Shown here piece by piece: positions 49,401 through 63,438 of a stretch of 64,000 bases of DNA (the stretch's first letter is position 1; each line of letters opens with the position of its first letter). A program made the position numbers and the translations under genes. Where the stretch lies: NCBI RefSeq assembly GCF_964204645.1, contig NC_134025.1, forward strand, positions 26,020,299 to 26,084,298, in the 5' to 3' direction. Below the pieces are notes generated by a model that made no database searches, was not told the DNA's origin, and saw only the letters and a program-made list of their open reading frames with translations. This stretch comes from Tubulanus polymorphus. Lineage: Eukaryota; Animalia; Nemertea.

Positions 49401-52400
49401 CTAAACCTGCATAGATTAAAGTGGAATTGAACATTTTCACGGCGATTTCTTCCAAATCAGAATCACGAAATGAGGACAGCGACTGTCGAAGAGGCGACTT
49501 TTGGTAAGACCAATAACTGACTTTGAATTCGCAATCATCACCATCCCTGAATCTCTCTATCTTTGGTCGACTCAATCTGAGATATAAAAACAGGCAAATT
49601 AGTTATGAATTTGTAGAAATACCAATGATGTGGTGTTACTGACAATATGTACTGGTCGCTCATGGTCTATTTAATTTTCAAGGACATTTTCTTAAATATG
49701 AATTTGCTATTACATCTGATTCATAAACACTCACACTGCTGTGTAAATCTGGCCCAATCCAATTTAGAACGGACCAAGCTTCACACTAACAGTTTGATCC
49801 AAATAAATCTATCATTTGGATTTAAATATTGGGGTAAAACATCTTGAACGTCTGGAACAGGTGTTTGAACACACACTCTGATTTGGCCGGTTCCAAATTT
49901 GGCATGTTCCAGGTAAGGACCCATTTGGAACGGTCTTACTAGTGATAGTGTGAATGTAGCTATTGATTGACATCGATTACCTTCTGATAGTGTTTCTGAA
50001 GAATCCAGAACCTTCTGCAGGCGGCTTCTGAAGGATACCACTTTCAATCAATGTTCTCCGAAATGATAAGATATCATCGTATAATTTCAGCTTGTCGTCA
50101 TCAGTCAGTTTCATCGGCTAAAAAAATCAAAAATACTTTGTCGTAGGAGGGAAGAAAATTGCCGGTAGGAGGCAAAGAAGGCAGATCAGAATGTACGATA
50201 ACTATAAACAATTGCTAATAATAAAACCAATATAGAAATATGAACTGATGGCCTGTGAGCCTTCAATCAACAGAACTAATAACACCAATAAATTCTGAGT
50301 GATTGTTGAAAGCTAAGAGGCGATAGAAGTACATCATTCAGTTTGAACCGACGCGAACATGTAATTTACCCTTAAGACCTGAAGCTTAGCTTGCTATTAC
50401 TCAGTCAACAGACCGGTATTACATGGTTTTTCCTAAAGACGGGTTGTACAATCGATAAGCAAGAAAGAGCTGCACAAAGACGCCTTCGCAGTTCTCAACA
50501 GCAGCAGCAGCAGCCCACATCCTAGTTAGTGACTTTCACTTGAATCATGAAATCACCACACATTAAATCGATTTCAGACTCTATACTTATCAAGATGGGT
50601 ATGAATTTTTGTATGTTTTTAATTAGATTTTAAGATCTGTTAGATTCGTGGAGTCTCTTATCCTCGAGGAACCATTTATAGCGAATAATTAAACACAATT
50701 ACTAATCTACATAGGAGGCACGGGATAATCAATTCTGTAATAGTTTAGGGGTGTTGTTGTTCTTTGATCAGTGAAAGATTGCGTGTGAAGGGCTGGCTAT
50801 TCACTTGTGAAAATACCTTCAAACTTCAAATCACGAGTGTGAAAATGGTGTTTGCATTACAACATGTAGAAAAAAATATATATTCATCGTTAGATGGTAG
50901 ATTTGTCGGTTTCGAAGGAATTATCCCTTGGCTACCTATGAATAGTTAAAAAGTTGAAAATACAAAGATTTAACATCAATTTCATAAGCTAACCAAGGGA
51001 TAGAAGCTGTAACAAAGTTGAAATGTAAGATGAAGGGAAACACGTAGAGTTAATCATCCACGTAGAGTGAACATTTTGTCATGTAACATTATCGAAAACC
51101 ATTAAAGTAGGAGTAGGCACATAGATTACAATCACCCAGTAAAATAAACATAGAAATGTATACATGTTTCCGTAAAAACCTATAGAATAATGACAGTAAA
51201 ACAATATCGTATTGACTAGTGATAGGGCTGCCATCTTTGGCAATAATACGCTATCAGTAACAAGTTGAAATGTCTTCAAAGGAACATTGTCATTCGACTG
51301 GTTCTATCGTGTAATGTAACTACGCGATACTCAGTGACGAAATCTAATTTACTGTCATGAATCGCAAGGTGTGGAGAGAGAGTGATGTGTATATCGAAAG
51401 CCTTTTTAACAACAAGCAATTACCCGTCTTCCCCCAATTAGGAATGCAAAATACGATTTTGAAACTCGTTTGCCCTGAAAAGCAAAAATAGGACTGGATT
51501 ACACAAACACAGAATGTACAACATGCAGGTGAATTGTGTCGAATATTTTGGAATTTTCAGCTCCGATACGTGAACCGATGACTAAAAAAACGGACCAACA
51601 CACAAAAAGGTCTCAACAACGTACACGCATATTGATATATGATTGTGCTCGTTTGATGATAATCAAAACATATGAATTATTATAACATGCCGATAAAGCT
51701 AAGTATCATAAGAAATATTTGTGTGAAATTTTCCCTTATTCCGTAACATTAGTACAGTGCACATAAGCCATAAGCTTAAAGAATATTATGTTGAAAAAAC
51801 TTCATTTCGAACACAGAACTCATGCATGCCGAATTGATTTTTCAATATCAGTAGTCAGAAGTAATTTTCAATCCTAAACGATCAACTCATAGATGCATAT
51901 TACCATATATCTTATACACCGAGGGCCCAGTTTGTAAACAAGTCAAGATGAACTAATCACTTCAATTGCTTATGACGATAAATTTTCAGAAACTGGGCCC
52001 AGAACCTCTTAGTCTACTCAATATTTAACACGTAAAGGTCAGTAAATTTGGTATTCTAACTTTTCTAAGGTTCTAATGTACAAGATACTAAGTTATACGT
52101 TTAATGCTAAGCATGGTCATCCATATTTTCTTACATAGGTGCATACATACCTGTCTTCCCTGTTTTGGGAATACATCCGGTCCCTGGCGTTTCCAGCCAG
52201 ACAGAGAAGGTGCGTAGCTACTGACCAACGCGACTATATCTTCTTTCGAACGGCTTTCGAACATGTACGACTTCTGTTGTCCTTCCGTGTTCGTTTTCAG
52301 CTCGAACGTCACGAAATTCTCGATCGAATCGACGGACATCGATTCGATGTCCGCATACTTGTAATCCTGGATGATCGATTTGTCTTTAGATTTGAGGAAC

Positions 52401-54883
52401 TTGACGCCCTCCGAGTTGACGGCCAGTATGACGTCGCTGCCATGTGACCACGTGCCTCGATAGCAGGCTGGAAACATGGCAGAACCGTACAGCGATAACT
52501 GCTTTACACACGACAGGTAAAACACCTTCGATTCTAATTCTGTTTTGCCACAGCCATAATTCTACAAATACAGAACATATAAACATCTTCATTATATTTC
52601 AGATGATCAATTCAATTAATAAGGACGGGTTCGGCGCATCGGATGATAGTTGATATCGGCCAATGAGGGAGCTGGGAGGCATTGAAAAAATCACGTCGAA
52701 TGTTATGGGAAAATCAAGTCAAGTTAATGACGTTTAAAAGCATAAAGTTATCCAACGAGAATTGATATCTGAAGGGTCAGTACATGTTCCATTAGCAACT
52801 TGAAATCGATGATTAGCTGCGGTAACTGGACGAACGTATCAAATTACGAGGGTTTCGCACAGTTATAAATCATCGGTGAAAACACTCCTTATAACTCGAC
52901 ACAGGCAAATGCGCAAATACCGCGCGCGAATTCCTGAATTGAGCCCCACGGGCCATACGGCTGGATAACCCTCGTAAACGCATCGATCAAACATATTCCC
53001 TTACCGGATATGAGACAAATTAAAACTATGACCGCAGTTGAACGAGTGCTCCGGGCAATATGTGATAGACGTAAGCGGATGGCGAAGAAAATTCTGCTTG
53101 AATTTATCAATTCTGAGAAATATTCACAAACTAACGGCCGCGCTTACAACGAGCAGCGATTTGAATAAATATTCCCGCGTACTGATTGAAGCGAGTCAAA
53201 ACCACGGTCGATCGGTTTAACGAAAATGTAAATCGAATTAACGTCGGTCTGATGTAGAAGTCATCTCATTAGTTGCCAATGACCGGGTGATATTTCATCA
53301 TTAGAAACGAATGGTTAATAGTTATAGGGTAAGTCAATGACCATTATTAATTCCCGAGACATCAACCTAGCGTTTAATGAGACCAATCACCATTAATTTC
53401 CAGTCCGGACCTACACTTATGGCAGCGCGGCGAAGTGTACCTACGCTGATTTTTCCTTCGCCGTTCCAGGTACATAAATATCAGTTTCCCCTACTGCGCA
53501 GCAGGTAATTGCAGGCAAAAGTTTTCCGCGAGATTACTATTCAGTTGTGGGTGAAATAGACGACAATTCTCTCAACTTGCTTCGATTAAATGACAACTTT
53601 TTTGCATCGTGGTCAATGGCGAGTGCAAATAGCCGGTGGTAGAATGAGCAAATATCGTTTCGACAATAAAGGGATGCTCCAAGTCACTCAGGCGCCAGCA
53701 TCATATAAATACTGCGGTCAAAGTCATCTCGGAATTTATCGGAAAACTATCTTTCAAACGTGGTCACAAGAATGTTCATGCATTATGAATAGCTGTATAC
53801 ATACTAATATAGAAGGGATATATATTTGACAAGATATAATTATAATATGTGATGAGTTGACGGAGTACTTAAGGCAGTAATAAAGTCCCATCTGTACCGG
53901 TAGGTAGTCGGTATCTTTTGGGAATATTCATTTAACAGTATCCAGTAGTGACGAGATAGCAACCATACTAATTCATTCAGTTATAGCTAGTGATGCCAGA
54001 GATATAAATTGTGGACAGGAAGCTGACCACGACAACGTAAAGGCTGTATAATAACCTCATAAAGAAATGTCTCCCCTCGTGCCACGTGCGATATCAATAC
54101 CTCAGCCTCGAGGATTCTACCGGTTCTCGGATTAAACTAATGAGACTAGCTGGAATAAGCCGGCCTACACCAATTGCAGCTCATTGCAAAGTGCTTCATG
54201 CTTCGGGGTAATCATCGACGCATTCGCGTAATAATTTTTATATCTCTCTCGCTGGATAAACCTTTCTTGAAAATCGCATTCGTGCTACAAAGCGGCGCTT
54301 TTTTTTAACGGGGTACATAGCCTAGAGTGAATGAAGAATCCTTCTTTTAACTAGTGAACGAGTGAGACTCATCCATCTGAAATGTCTCTACGCAACATTG
54401 ATTTTTCACGCCAAGACTTGACGCATACAAGACGGAATACAAATTGGATTTCGTAACAATTATTCATTCACACGAACGACGCCATAAATTGAGCACAAAA
54501 TATGAAAATAAATCATCATTGATGACGATACATCGAGAAAGTTTCGTCGATGCATCAAAAACCATATAAAACAACAAGTCAATACATGAGTACTTTCTTG
54601 CACTGGGACTGACCTCACGACGTATAGGCAACAAAAAGTATATTCACGATTGTATTGGAAACCGCGATGGATAACTTAATTAGAATTGTAGTAAATCTCG
54701 AGAGCAGGAACTAAAGCAGAATATAATTATGATTTCATTGAACACCGAGAATGATTTCTATAGAGGAGGACAGTCAACGTCGAACTCGAACTTACCTTGT
54801 GCGCATGGGCGATCTCCTTGCTCCAGTTCTTTCGGCTGCTGTTCAAAATGCGCCGGCATAAGTACTGGTCAGTATCTTCATAC
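46421..54883 (-). CDS. 3' part of a FERM-MyTH4-FERM tail protein, probably an unconventional MyTH4-FERM myosin (class XXII/Myo81F-like; class not certain); 5' exons lie outside the window
   Basis: First FERM end: exon 54796-54883 (..EIAHAHK) and 52151-52561 ([30 protein letters not shown]). MyTH4: [46 protein letters not shown]. Second FERM: [45 protein letters not shown]. Stop at 46421. No SH3 domain is seen between the modules and no motor domain is in the window. Confidence 0.85.
48513..48610. mobile_element. Foldback MITE relic in a myosin intron
   Basis: Starts GGGGCCAGTTTCA (similar to the 51923 TIR) and has an internal hairpin ATGGA-A-ATATAAACTA/gatta/TAGTTTATAT-G-TCCAT. Confidence 0.45.
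49725..49960. mobile_element. Harbinger-like MITE relic (TTCACACT/AGTGTGAA ends, TTTAGAACGG units)
   Basis: Right end AGTGTGAATGTAGC, internal GCTTCACACTA and AATTTAGAACGGACC. Related units (AATTTAGAACAGAC, TAGCGTGAAC, GTTCTAAAT) recur at ~55820-55920. Confidence 0.45.
51923..52000. mobile_element. 78-bp PIF/Harbinger-type MITE
   Basis: Perfect 11-bp TIRs GGGCCCAGTTT (51923-51933) and AAACTGGGCCC (51990-52000). Confidence 0.7.
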
Positions 54884-55438
54884 CTGAAAAACATAAAAAA
54901 TTCATTATCATTATTCTCCCGTATCATAGAAACCACGAAAACTGTACGGCACGCAACGACTAAAGCGAGACATTAGAAAATTGATACATTATTGAAAATG
55001 GTAACAATCTACAGGCGTGCGTAGGAAGATTAATCCGATTACCAGTCACGTTCAACCAAGACATCGGATAATGTTAGATGTAAATTTCCATTGAAGACAT
55101 CGTTCCGAAATTGTGAAGATTCCATATTATTCGCAGACATCTGGACAGTACACACTGAATCGTTGGATGTTTATCATATGAATGTATGTAATATAGTACA
55201 GTTATAATGTACGTGTGTTTTGATCAATGATCAAGTGTCTGGTAAAAAAAAAAACAGGTGGCAGCATGTTAAGCGTTATTGGGAAAATAATATTTTTAGA
55301 TTCTAATGTTTTCCAATTTTTCTCATCGGCAAAAACTTCAAGCACAATTTACATATGCCGCGTACACGCTATCGTTAGTTAGTCCGTACTTATTAGGCCC
55401 ATACCTGGAACGGACCTATCAAGAATAGACCAAATCAA

Positions 55439-55750
55439 TGCTGTGTTTTCAGGGGTGGCGAGGGTAGCACAACTTATAAAAAGGGCATAATGAAATAAAA
55501 AGGGCATTCTGAAATTTTGAAAATCTGCTTTTTTTGCTGCGATTTCCAAGCAATTTCCCGACACGAAGTGCTTTCTAGCAAATTAACTGCATTGAGATAT
55601 AGTTTCCAGGTAATAAAGACAAAATCATGAAGAATTACGTGCTGTTTGTTTAAAATCATCTACTTCGTCTTGTAAAAATGTGCCCTTTTCTACTTTGGGC
55701 ATGAGAAAAAGGGCACGAGATTTTCACGCCTGGTTTTTAAACACATCAGC
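55439..55750. mobile_element. MITE-like element with AAAAGGGCA subterminal repeats
   Basis: Ends GCTGTGTTTT and TAAACACATCAGC. It carries three AAAAGGGCA copies and one inverted TGCCCTTTT. Confidence 0.45.
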
Positions 55751-58700
55751 TGTTATCACTGGTCCCAAACACTGACACTGACTAGTAATTAAAGCAAAGT
55801 TTGGATTGACACAGCATGGAATAGTCCGTTCTAAAATTCAGAACAGACCTTGGAACGAATCAATTTAGAACAGACTTTTTGCTAGCGTGAACACTTGGTC
55901 TGTTCTAAATCTAAACAGAGAAGATTTAGCCAGTTACAATAAAATATAACACAATTAACTTAATTTGCATAGAAAATATCATGTTAAATGGACATAGAAT
56001 GAATGGACTAGATATAGACCGCTCTAAATAATGCAGTTAGAACAACAGGCAAACAACATTTGCTACATCGAAATCATTTACTGAAATATTATCAAAATGG
56101 GCATGTGTCCCAATGATGGAATGGAAACTCAACAACTGTCACTAAGTTGTATTGATAGAAAAACAACTGAAGGAAAATTTTATTCCGGAAACTTCACTAC
56201 AGGATTTTGGATCTGTAAGTAAGCGTTCGATTGTTGATTACGCGCGTATCTGGAGGGTGTCACCTCTGCCATTAATGTGCGTGTGAAGCAAGCATCGGTT
56301 CAATAACACTCAGTAAAACCCAGTGTCAGTACAAACTCATTCATATATGGACAACAACCTCTCGGTGTGCATCATGTGGAGCACAGAACTGTATAACTCA
56401 TATCCGTTCTAAATTACATCTCATCACAGCAACTTAATTAGGACGGAAACGTAACTAATTCTTCGCATATAAACTGTTAATCACAGAAGATGCTGGCTAC
56501 GATAGTACGTTTTGCAACTTTGACTTTCAGAGATTTCTCGACGAAAAACATTTTCTATTAATATCAGCGCACTTATTCTTTGTAGATTGAGTAATGAAGA
56601 ATTCAAAATAATAACAAACTATTCATTGATTTTATCGAAAATTCGTATTCTACCCAGGCAAATGTTTCGGTCTCCACGCAGATCAGAGAACAGTACTGAA
56701 TTTTGCTCAGCCCACTGATCACACCATAAGCCACTTCATCTTCTAACAGCGCGAAATCTTCACATGGAAAATATTCCCTTTGTGTACATAAATACAAATA
56801 TCAGCTTTCGATAGATACTTTCATCAAAGCAACCTCCACAGCTCCGCGGTTACAATCCGGTTTCAAGGACAGTATTCTGGTACTGGCATTTGCATCCGCT
56901 GGGTTGTAGTAACCTGCTTAAGCGTTTCGCCGACGAAAATCGATAGGAAAACATCTAAACCGATGATTTCGCATCAATACTACCAATATTCAATCACCAA
57001 CCAACAATTGACTTTGGGTCGGCAGTTTCGGCAATACCCTGATAACTGATAACATTTTCACATTCCCACAAGCAACCGACAGACTTTTTTTATACAATTT
57101 TCTTCCGCAGTAAAAAGAATATTTGATTTTCTCTTCATGTACACTACTTTGTCCGCAATATTTGCATTGCCGACAACTTTCTTTGAGTAAATTACATGTT
57201 CGCGACCCACACTTGTATTTCATATTTGACAGAAATATGTACTTTACGAAGAAAAGATGAGATGTGAATAACTATCAATAACACAAATCGACCGAACTCA
57301 ACCTCACTTTTTTCGATTAAAAAGTGGATTTAGTGCTTAAAAAAGTACGGTTCTGTGTTATTATATCGCAACAGAGAATATCATTCCGGCCTAAAAATGG
57401 CGTCATTTATCTTTCGATGTAATCAGGATGATCATGGCAGCCGGCCATTAGTGTTTTCCGCATCAGCGGTACATTGCGGCAATGGGTCTGCGGCAATTTC
57501 CCTTGGCCCATTGAACAGACGAGCCGGTTTTATTGGAAACGTATCGCATGTGTAGGTAATAAAATATCACTCTAATGATGAAATCTGCGACGAGGGAAAG
57601 TTTTCTACATCTTGCGACAAGAAACAAACACAAGAAGCATGAGACGCCGATCAAAAGAGCTCAACAAGTTTTAAAAAGAGAATCTCCAGAAATTATTCAT
57701 CAATACAACCCTGCAGTCAGGCATTCTCTCGTATAAAGACTACGACGCCGACAGAGAGATACTGAATCAATAGGATGACGAAGTTCTCGTCATTCTGGCT
57801 GTCATCTATGGCAGAATTTTTCCGAGATATAATTTGACTTTCCGCGATGAACTATCTGCACGGAACAGACATTTCATGCACTACTGAGAAATGAATTGAT
57901 AAATTGTCAATAAAAATGAGTTTCCTACGTAAGTCTTAAATAATCTGCGAACTCCAGGGGGAGTCAGAAAAAAGGTATCAATCACGGAAAAGGCACTAGG
58001 CCTATCCATGGAAATATAAGTTTGGCAGATATAATTTTCAAGCCATGCTGGGCCAAAGTGTGCCGTTCACAATGTGAGCATTCTGGAATTCTTAGAATAT
58101 GCTTTAGTTCTCTGATAGGTTTTCTCGTGCATTACACTGATTAATAATATGGATTAGGGCATTCAGATTTGCTTTTATTTATCAGGAAAAAGAGGTCTCC
58201 TAAAAGCAGTAAAAACACTATCCCCGTGGACTGATTTATAGACAGCGTTGGACACAAAATTATGTAGCAGTCTGGTGGGCTTTATCTCCCAAGTGGGATA
58301 AAAAAGTGTTCAGTTAGTTACCACGATGTGCAAATCAAACAGCAAACGTTCATGTAATCATAGACAGAGGTGATTGCCCAATTTTCCGTCATTTATTCTG
58401 CTCATGTAGCCGTAGCGCGAAGCATTGCGGTCGACATGATCAATAAAGGGACTGAAGCTGCAAATACAAAATCACCGATGACCCGGCTGACATTCTCAAC
58501 ATACTCCTGATAGTATCGAGAGATATTCATAAGCGCAATCGCTACCCGTGTTTCTAAAAAGCAATTTTCTCAACATGTCGTAACGAAAAATGTTTCCATT
58601 TTCCGCAATTGTTTCACTCACATAAAGATCCATTTCTTTATCGTACGGTTTTGGCAAAAACGAAATGATGCTGTTGATGAAGAAAAGCCACGTGTGGGGA

Positions 58701-61621
58701 AATTCTTTTTCTATCGATGAAGTCCGAGAGCTGGATTAAAACAGATGACTGATTAGAAAGAAAGGCAGCACAGATTTCATGTTCCAACAGGCAGGTGCAA
58801 TGTAAAGGAATTCAATGAATAAAACGTGACGTTCTATACCAGAATTCAATATCAGAACCTGTAAAGCTGCATGTTTTCCCAGCTAAAGAGAACAATGGAT
58901 AAATACGAAATAAGATTATATATCGTAATAAAACGTCGACATGGCGATAGCGAACAGCGAATCATCGTTAGTCACAGCGGGCGAGAATAACGAATTACTC
59001 GCTACCAGTAACACTCTTGTGTGTAAGTTATGTCTTTTTTCAATCGCGAACGATATTGACAAACTCGATTAACTTTCCATCATATTTACACAATAACCGT
59101 CGGCGAATTATAACCGCTTGAATTCCCCTCAGACGGCCGCCACGTGATGCAATTTCGTACCCGACGCGAATTACTCGTAGTAGGAACATCAACGTCACGC
59201 AATGATACGAAAAATTTATGAGAATAAACAAACATCGCATGAATCGCCGGCTTTTCGATTGTTTGTACGTCATTCTCTCGTTCTCGTCGTCGTGAAGCTT
59301 AAGTATGCTAATCGATGGCGACGACGAATCTCGTCCCCGAACTTCGATTTCTCCTCTCGGGAGACATAATAGACTGTATTTGAAATTCGAAGCCTTATTG
59401 GTATTTCTTACGCGTCGCTCCGCGAGACACGAGAAGTTTGTCATACGCGGCTAGTCATGTCAAATTCAAACCGACGTCATCATTATCATAATCCGAAGCG
59501 GCAAGCATGCCGACTTCAATTCGTTTTTTCGAGAGCGCTATTTACGAGATTCGCCCGTAGCGAAAATGCAAAACGACGAATCTTTTTACCGTAATTTACA
59601 TAATTCCGTCACGACAAGCGATGTTTTCATTTCGAATATTCCCACTACTGGTTATATAAGGGCCCTTTGGATAGTTCGAAATCAATGCCGCCTTAAAAAA
59701 AGCGTCTACTTCAGTCTGAATACATCTCGACTAAAATGATAAATCGCCGGCAGTTAAATTAAATTAAACACAATTTTGGCACCTCATATTTCATTATTTG
59801 CGTTCGTATAGACCGCTTCCCTCGAGTCATACATTAAACACCTCATTTAGAAATATGACATCTACCAACAAGTCTCTTTATTTGACTTAGCCGCAAAGAT
59901 TCTTCATCCTTTTAACTCGTATCGGAATTTCGTCTCAATAAATCTCTACGATGGATTCGATGAAGTCGATTCTTACACCCAATTTATTCCCACCTCAATC
60001 CTAGACCGAAGTCTACTGAATAATTTCGATCTATTTCAAGCCCTGGCAACGTAGCGTACGAACATTTTTATCACAACGCGGTAAATGATGTAGAGAAACT
60101 CTTCACATTCAGTTTCAAGACCATAGAATGCGGAATATGCGGACCGATGAAATACCATTACCGGTAACTCCGCAGTCGGGACCTGATACTGTGTATCGAG
60201 TTGTTAATGCATAATTGCTGTCTTATTTCACGGTGCCTGAAACTTTAATGTTGTCTTTAGAAATCGGTAGGACTGAAGTGTCTCCCACTTTCATGGAATC
60301 ATCAACAGGCCGCCGCGTATACAGCCGATCGAATATAATGATTTTCTGAATTTCATGTCGCAAATGGCACGGATTAAACAAAAAATCCTAATACGACCTA
60401 TCGGTTAAAAATAATATTTTGATTGCGTCGCGGATGACTTTCGCGGCAAACTCAATTACGCTTGAATGCAGCCGTCAATTTCATAACTGGTGGAAACACT
60501 TTGATAGTTGTGCGTACAATGAAACACAAATTAGATTCGATTAAACATTGATCTGTAAGAGTGCGCGGCGATGTACTTCGCGTTGATCAGAAACGCAACT
60601 GATGGAACGCATCCCGTGACCGTAGCCGGTCAAACTAGCTCGCCGAGTCATCCACTGCGATGGGTACAAATCGTTAAACACCTATCCCCTAGAGAAATTT
60701 GTCAATCGAGATCAAAGAACCCAACACTAGACGCTTCGTATAGCCCGCGTATGATATTAGATATTTCATCTCAAAATATGGATTATCTGTCGTATTGTTT
60801 GGCAGCACTGTGCTCGGAATCTTTCCCAAAACCCATCATCTGAAATAACTAACTCCATCCATCAAAATGTCATTAGTTCACTGGTATATATCTTATTTCC
60901 AAGCAAAGTGCGACACATATCGTTCAAACGTAAATTTTCTTCATCTTTAAACTTGTACATGTATAGAGTTGCAGATATTTGATTTTGAATAAATTCTCCC
61001 AGCCAACTGGACTTTCAAATATCTTCAGATAGGAACAAAGTTAGAACGAATAGTATAACCTCAAGAGCATATATGCGATCTTCGGTGAAACGTATGAAAT
61101 TTCAGAAAGGCCATCTTGATATCGATCCTGGAAAGCGCAGGCTTCATTACATGTATCACTCATTCGTAGAAGATGGAATAACCATTACACAATCAATAGT
61201 TTACTAATTGCTATCAATAAGATATCGCCAGAGGTTGTGTATAAGTACTTAATACATTATAACACATTTCACTCATATCTCATACGCTGAATATATGCGC
61301 TCAAAATCATGTAATCAAAAATCAAAATTCTTAATACCGACGGGAACCGAACGAGTTGATTAAATCGTAACTAGAAGTGGCAAATTAGAGCGCTGAAACG
61401 TAAGACTCGCGCCGGGAATTATAGCAGCCAAAACAACGTAGAAATATGAACACTATCCGACTGATCGCACAGCAACAACGAATCAATCATTGATCAGGTT
61501 TTTTTGCATTTTTTGAAGTTGATTTCTTGCAACCGTATCACATACGCGCGCGCGCACGCTAGGAAACAATTCTCAACAATAACACTGCGGTGCCAGTTTT
61601 TTTGTTGTTGTTAATACTTAC

Positions 61622-61680
61622 TCAGCAAGTAGAGGCTGCCTCGCTATTTCGTATTTGATCTTCCTCCAGAAAAACGGCAT
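61622..61680 (-). CDS. Candidate alternative first coding exon of the MyTH4-FERM gene (MPFFWRKIKYEIARQPLLA)
   Basis: The ATG at 61680 is the first in frame after an upstream TGA. The exon ends GCT GA|GTAAGTA, a consensus phase-2 donor matching the phase-2 acceptor of exon 54796-54883 (GA+G = Glu, then YEDTDQ..). Confidence 0.5.
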
Positions 61681-61989
61681 ATCGCCATTAAGTGTAGCAG
61701 CGACGAAACAACATCAGTAGCGAACAAATGACGAACTGCAATTGTCATGATCCGATGCACGGGTTTTAATTATCAGAATGTCACCGTTCCTCTGACGATC
61801 TAACGCGTGTTGTATAAGTACGTATAATGTTATTGCTTCATTAATCCTGCTTACCCGAGTGCTTTCTACTGCGATGAATATAATTCAACCATTATAAGAC
61901 GTGACTCCCGAGAATCGCGAGTCTTTTGTCACCGATCTACTTCGCGATGACGACCGATCACTACACCACGCGCGAGCCACTTCGCGACC

Positions 61990-62700
61990 GTTCGCGGCGT
62001 TTAACTAAGTTCTAGTTAAGGTCTCTCTCTCTCTCTCTTGACTTCGAGTGGGCATTTTTCTGACGTGGCGTCGATGGGCGATCGGCTCCTCGCGAACTGT
62101 CCGCGAATTATTGCGAACTAATGAATATATAATCGTTATCGCTATTAATTCAATGATGGAACGTCGACGTGGAAACCGCGACAGTCCGATACGCGCTCGC
62201 TTGAAATAACGTCGTCCCGCCGAATAACGACGAACGATCGATCGATTCAAGAAAAAAACTGCCAACTTTCATTAGCGGTGACGCTTTGTCGCACCGATAT
62301 CGAGTCGATATAATATTGCAAACGCGTGCCCGCTGATGAAATCCGGCCAATAAGCAAAGCCATTTAACACTCTCCAATAATTGGCTCGAGCAATTCGCCA
62401 CGCATCGTACAACGACGATCTTAACTCGTAAATAGCGATATTATCAAAACTAAACTCATAATTCACCCGCGTTATCCATCAATCTTCTTTCATGAAATCC
62501 TCTTCAATTTCGACGTGATTGAATCCGCCGCGGAGCCTCATCAACCGCCGACGATATCAATAACACACCAAATATTCATTATACCGTCGCTAAACGCCGC
62601 GCTTGTTTCGAGGTGCAGAAATGACGTCTGACCAGAAAACGATAACGACCCGGGCGCAGCGCGACGGATGAGCTAACGACACTATCAATCTTACAACTTC
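61990..62700 (-). promoter_or_regulatory. CpG-rich candidate internal promoter
   Basis: Dense CpG, CCAAT boxes (62347, 62374, ATTGG 62380), and a (GA)n run on - at 62022-62038 followed by Inr-like TTAGTT (62003-62008), upstream of the candidate exon at 61680. Confidence 0.4.
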
Positions 62701-63395
62701 TTGAAGTATGAATAATGAAAGACAAGACATTGAGTCAAGTGATTCTCATCAAAAGCCAACCGCGACGAATCCGATGGAAGTGAACCTAATCACAAGTTGT
62801 CGACTAACTGATAGCTGGCAAATTCAATGACTATACCTGAAAAATGTTTCTTTCAGTATCTAAGCTAAGACGAGTCTGTAATAAAGAAAAACCAGAGCTA
62901 TTCCCTATTCTTCAAAAAAACGGTTTCAAATTCAGGGACAAATGAATAGAAGCCCCAACACCGGCAACATCCCGGTTACATTCCGAGATTCGCGTTTGAC
63001 CTTTAAATCTCCTCTCCAAAATAAACTCAAATCTTAAACGAAAAAAATCTATAAAGCCAACCAGGCACCGGTATCCGAGCTTATCGTATTCCCTCGACGA
63101 TGATTTCCGAAAGAAGAGACGTTTCGCTCACATGGCAATAACTAATAAGCACATTCCATTTAAATGCCTGATGGCGAATATAAATCAAAAAGAAGATCAG
63201 AATATCTTAGGCTTGCCGGTATAATTCATCAAATTCACCGCAGCCCGACAAATTGATTTCTACCAATAAACTGATGAGTTTGCTTATTCTAGAAAACCTT
63301 CATGATCTCTATCTTTGATTGGCTTCCATGGCTGGAGGAAATTAAGTGGGAAATACACATATACATGTATATACAATATATATACATAATCCATA

Positions 63396-63398
<3 letters not shown>

Positions 63399-63437
<39 letters not shown>
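63399..63437. repeat. (TA)n microsatellite
   Basis: Uninterrupted TA run; it explains the IYIYIY ORFs in the track. Confidence 0.95.

Positions 63438-63438
<1 letters not shown>

Noticed and set aside
62830-62850. ttttcag|GTATAG as a recursive splice site or coding exon
   Set aside because: The regenerated donor is weak and the phase-matched frame stops after three codons. It is kept only as a possible UTR acceptor.
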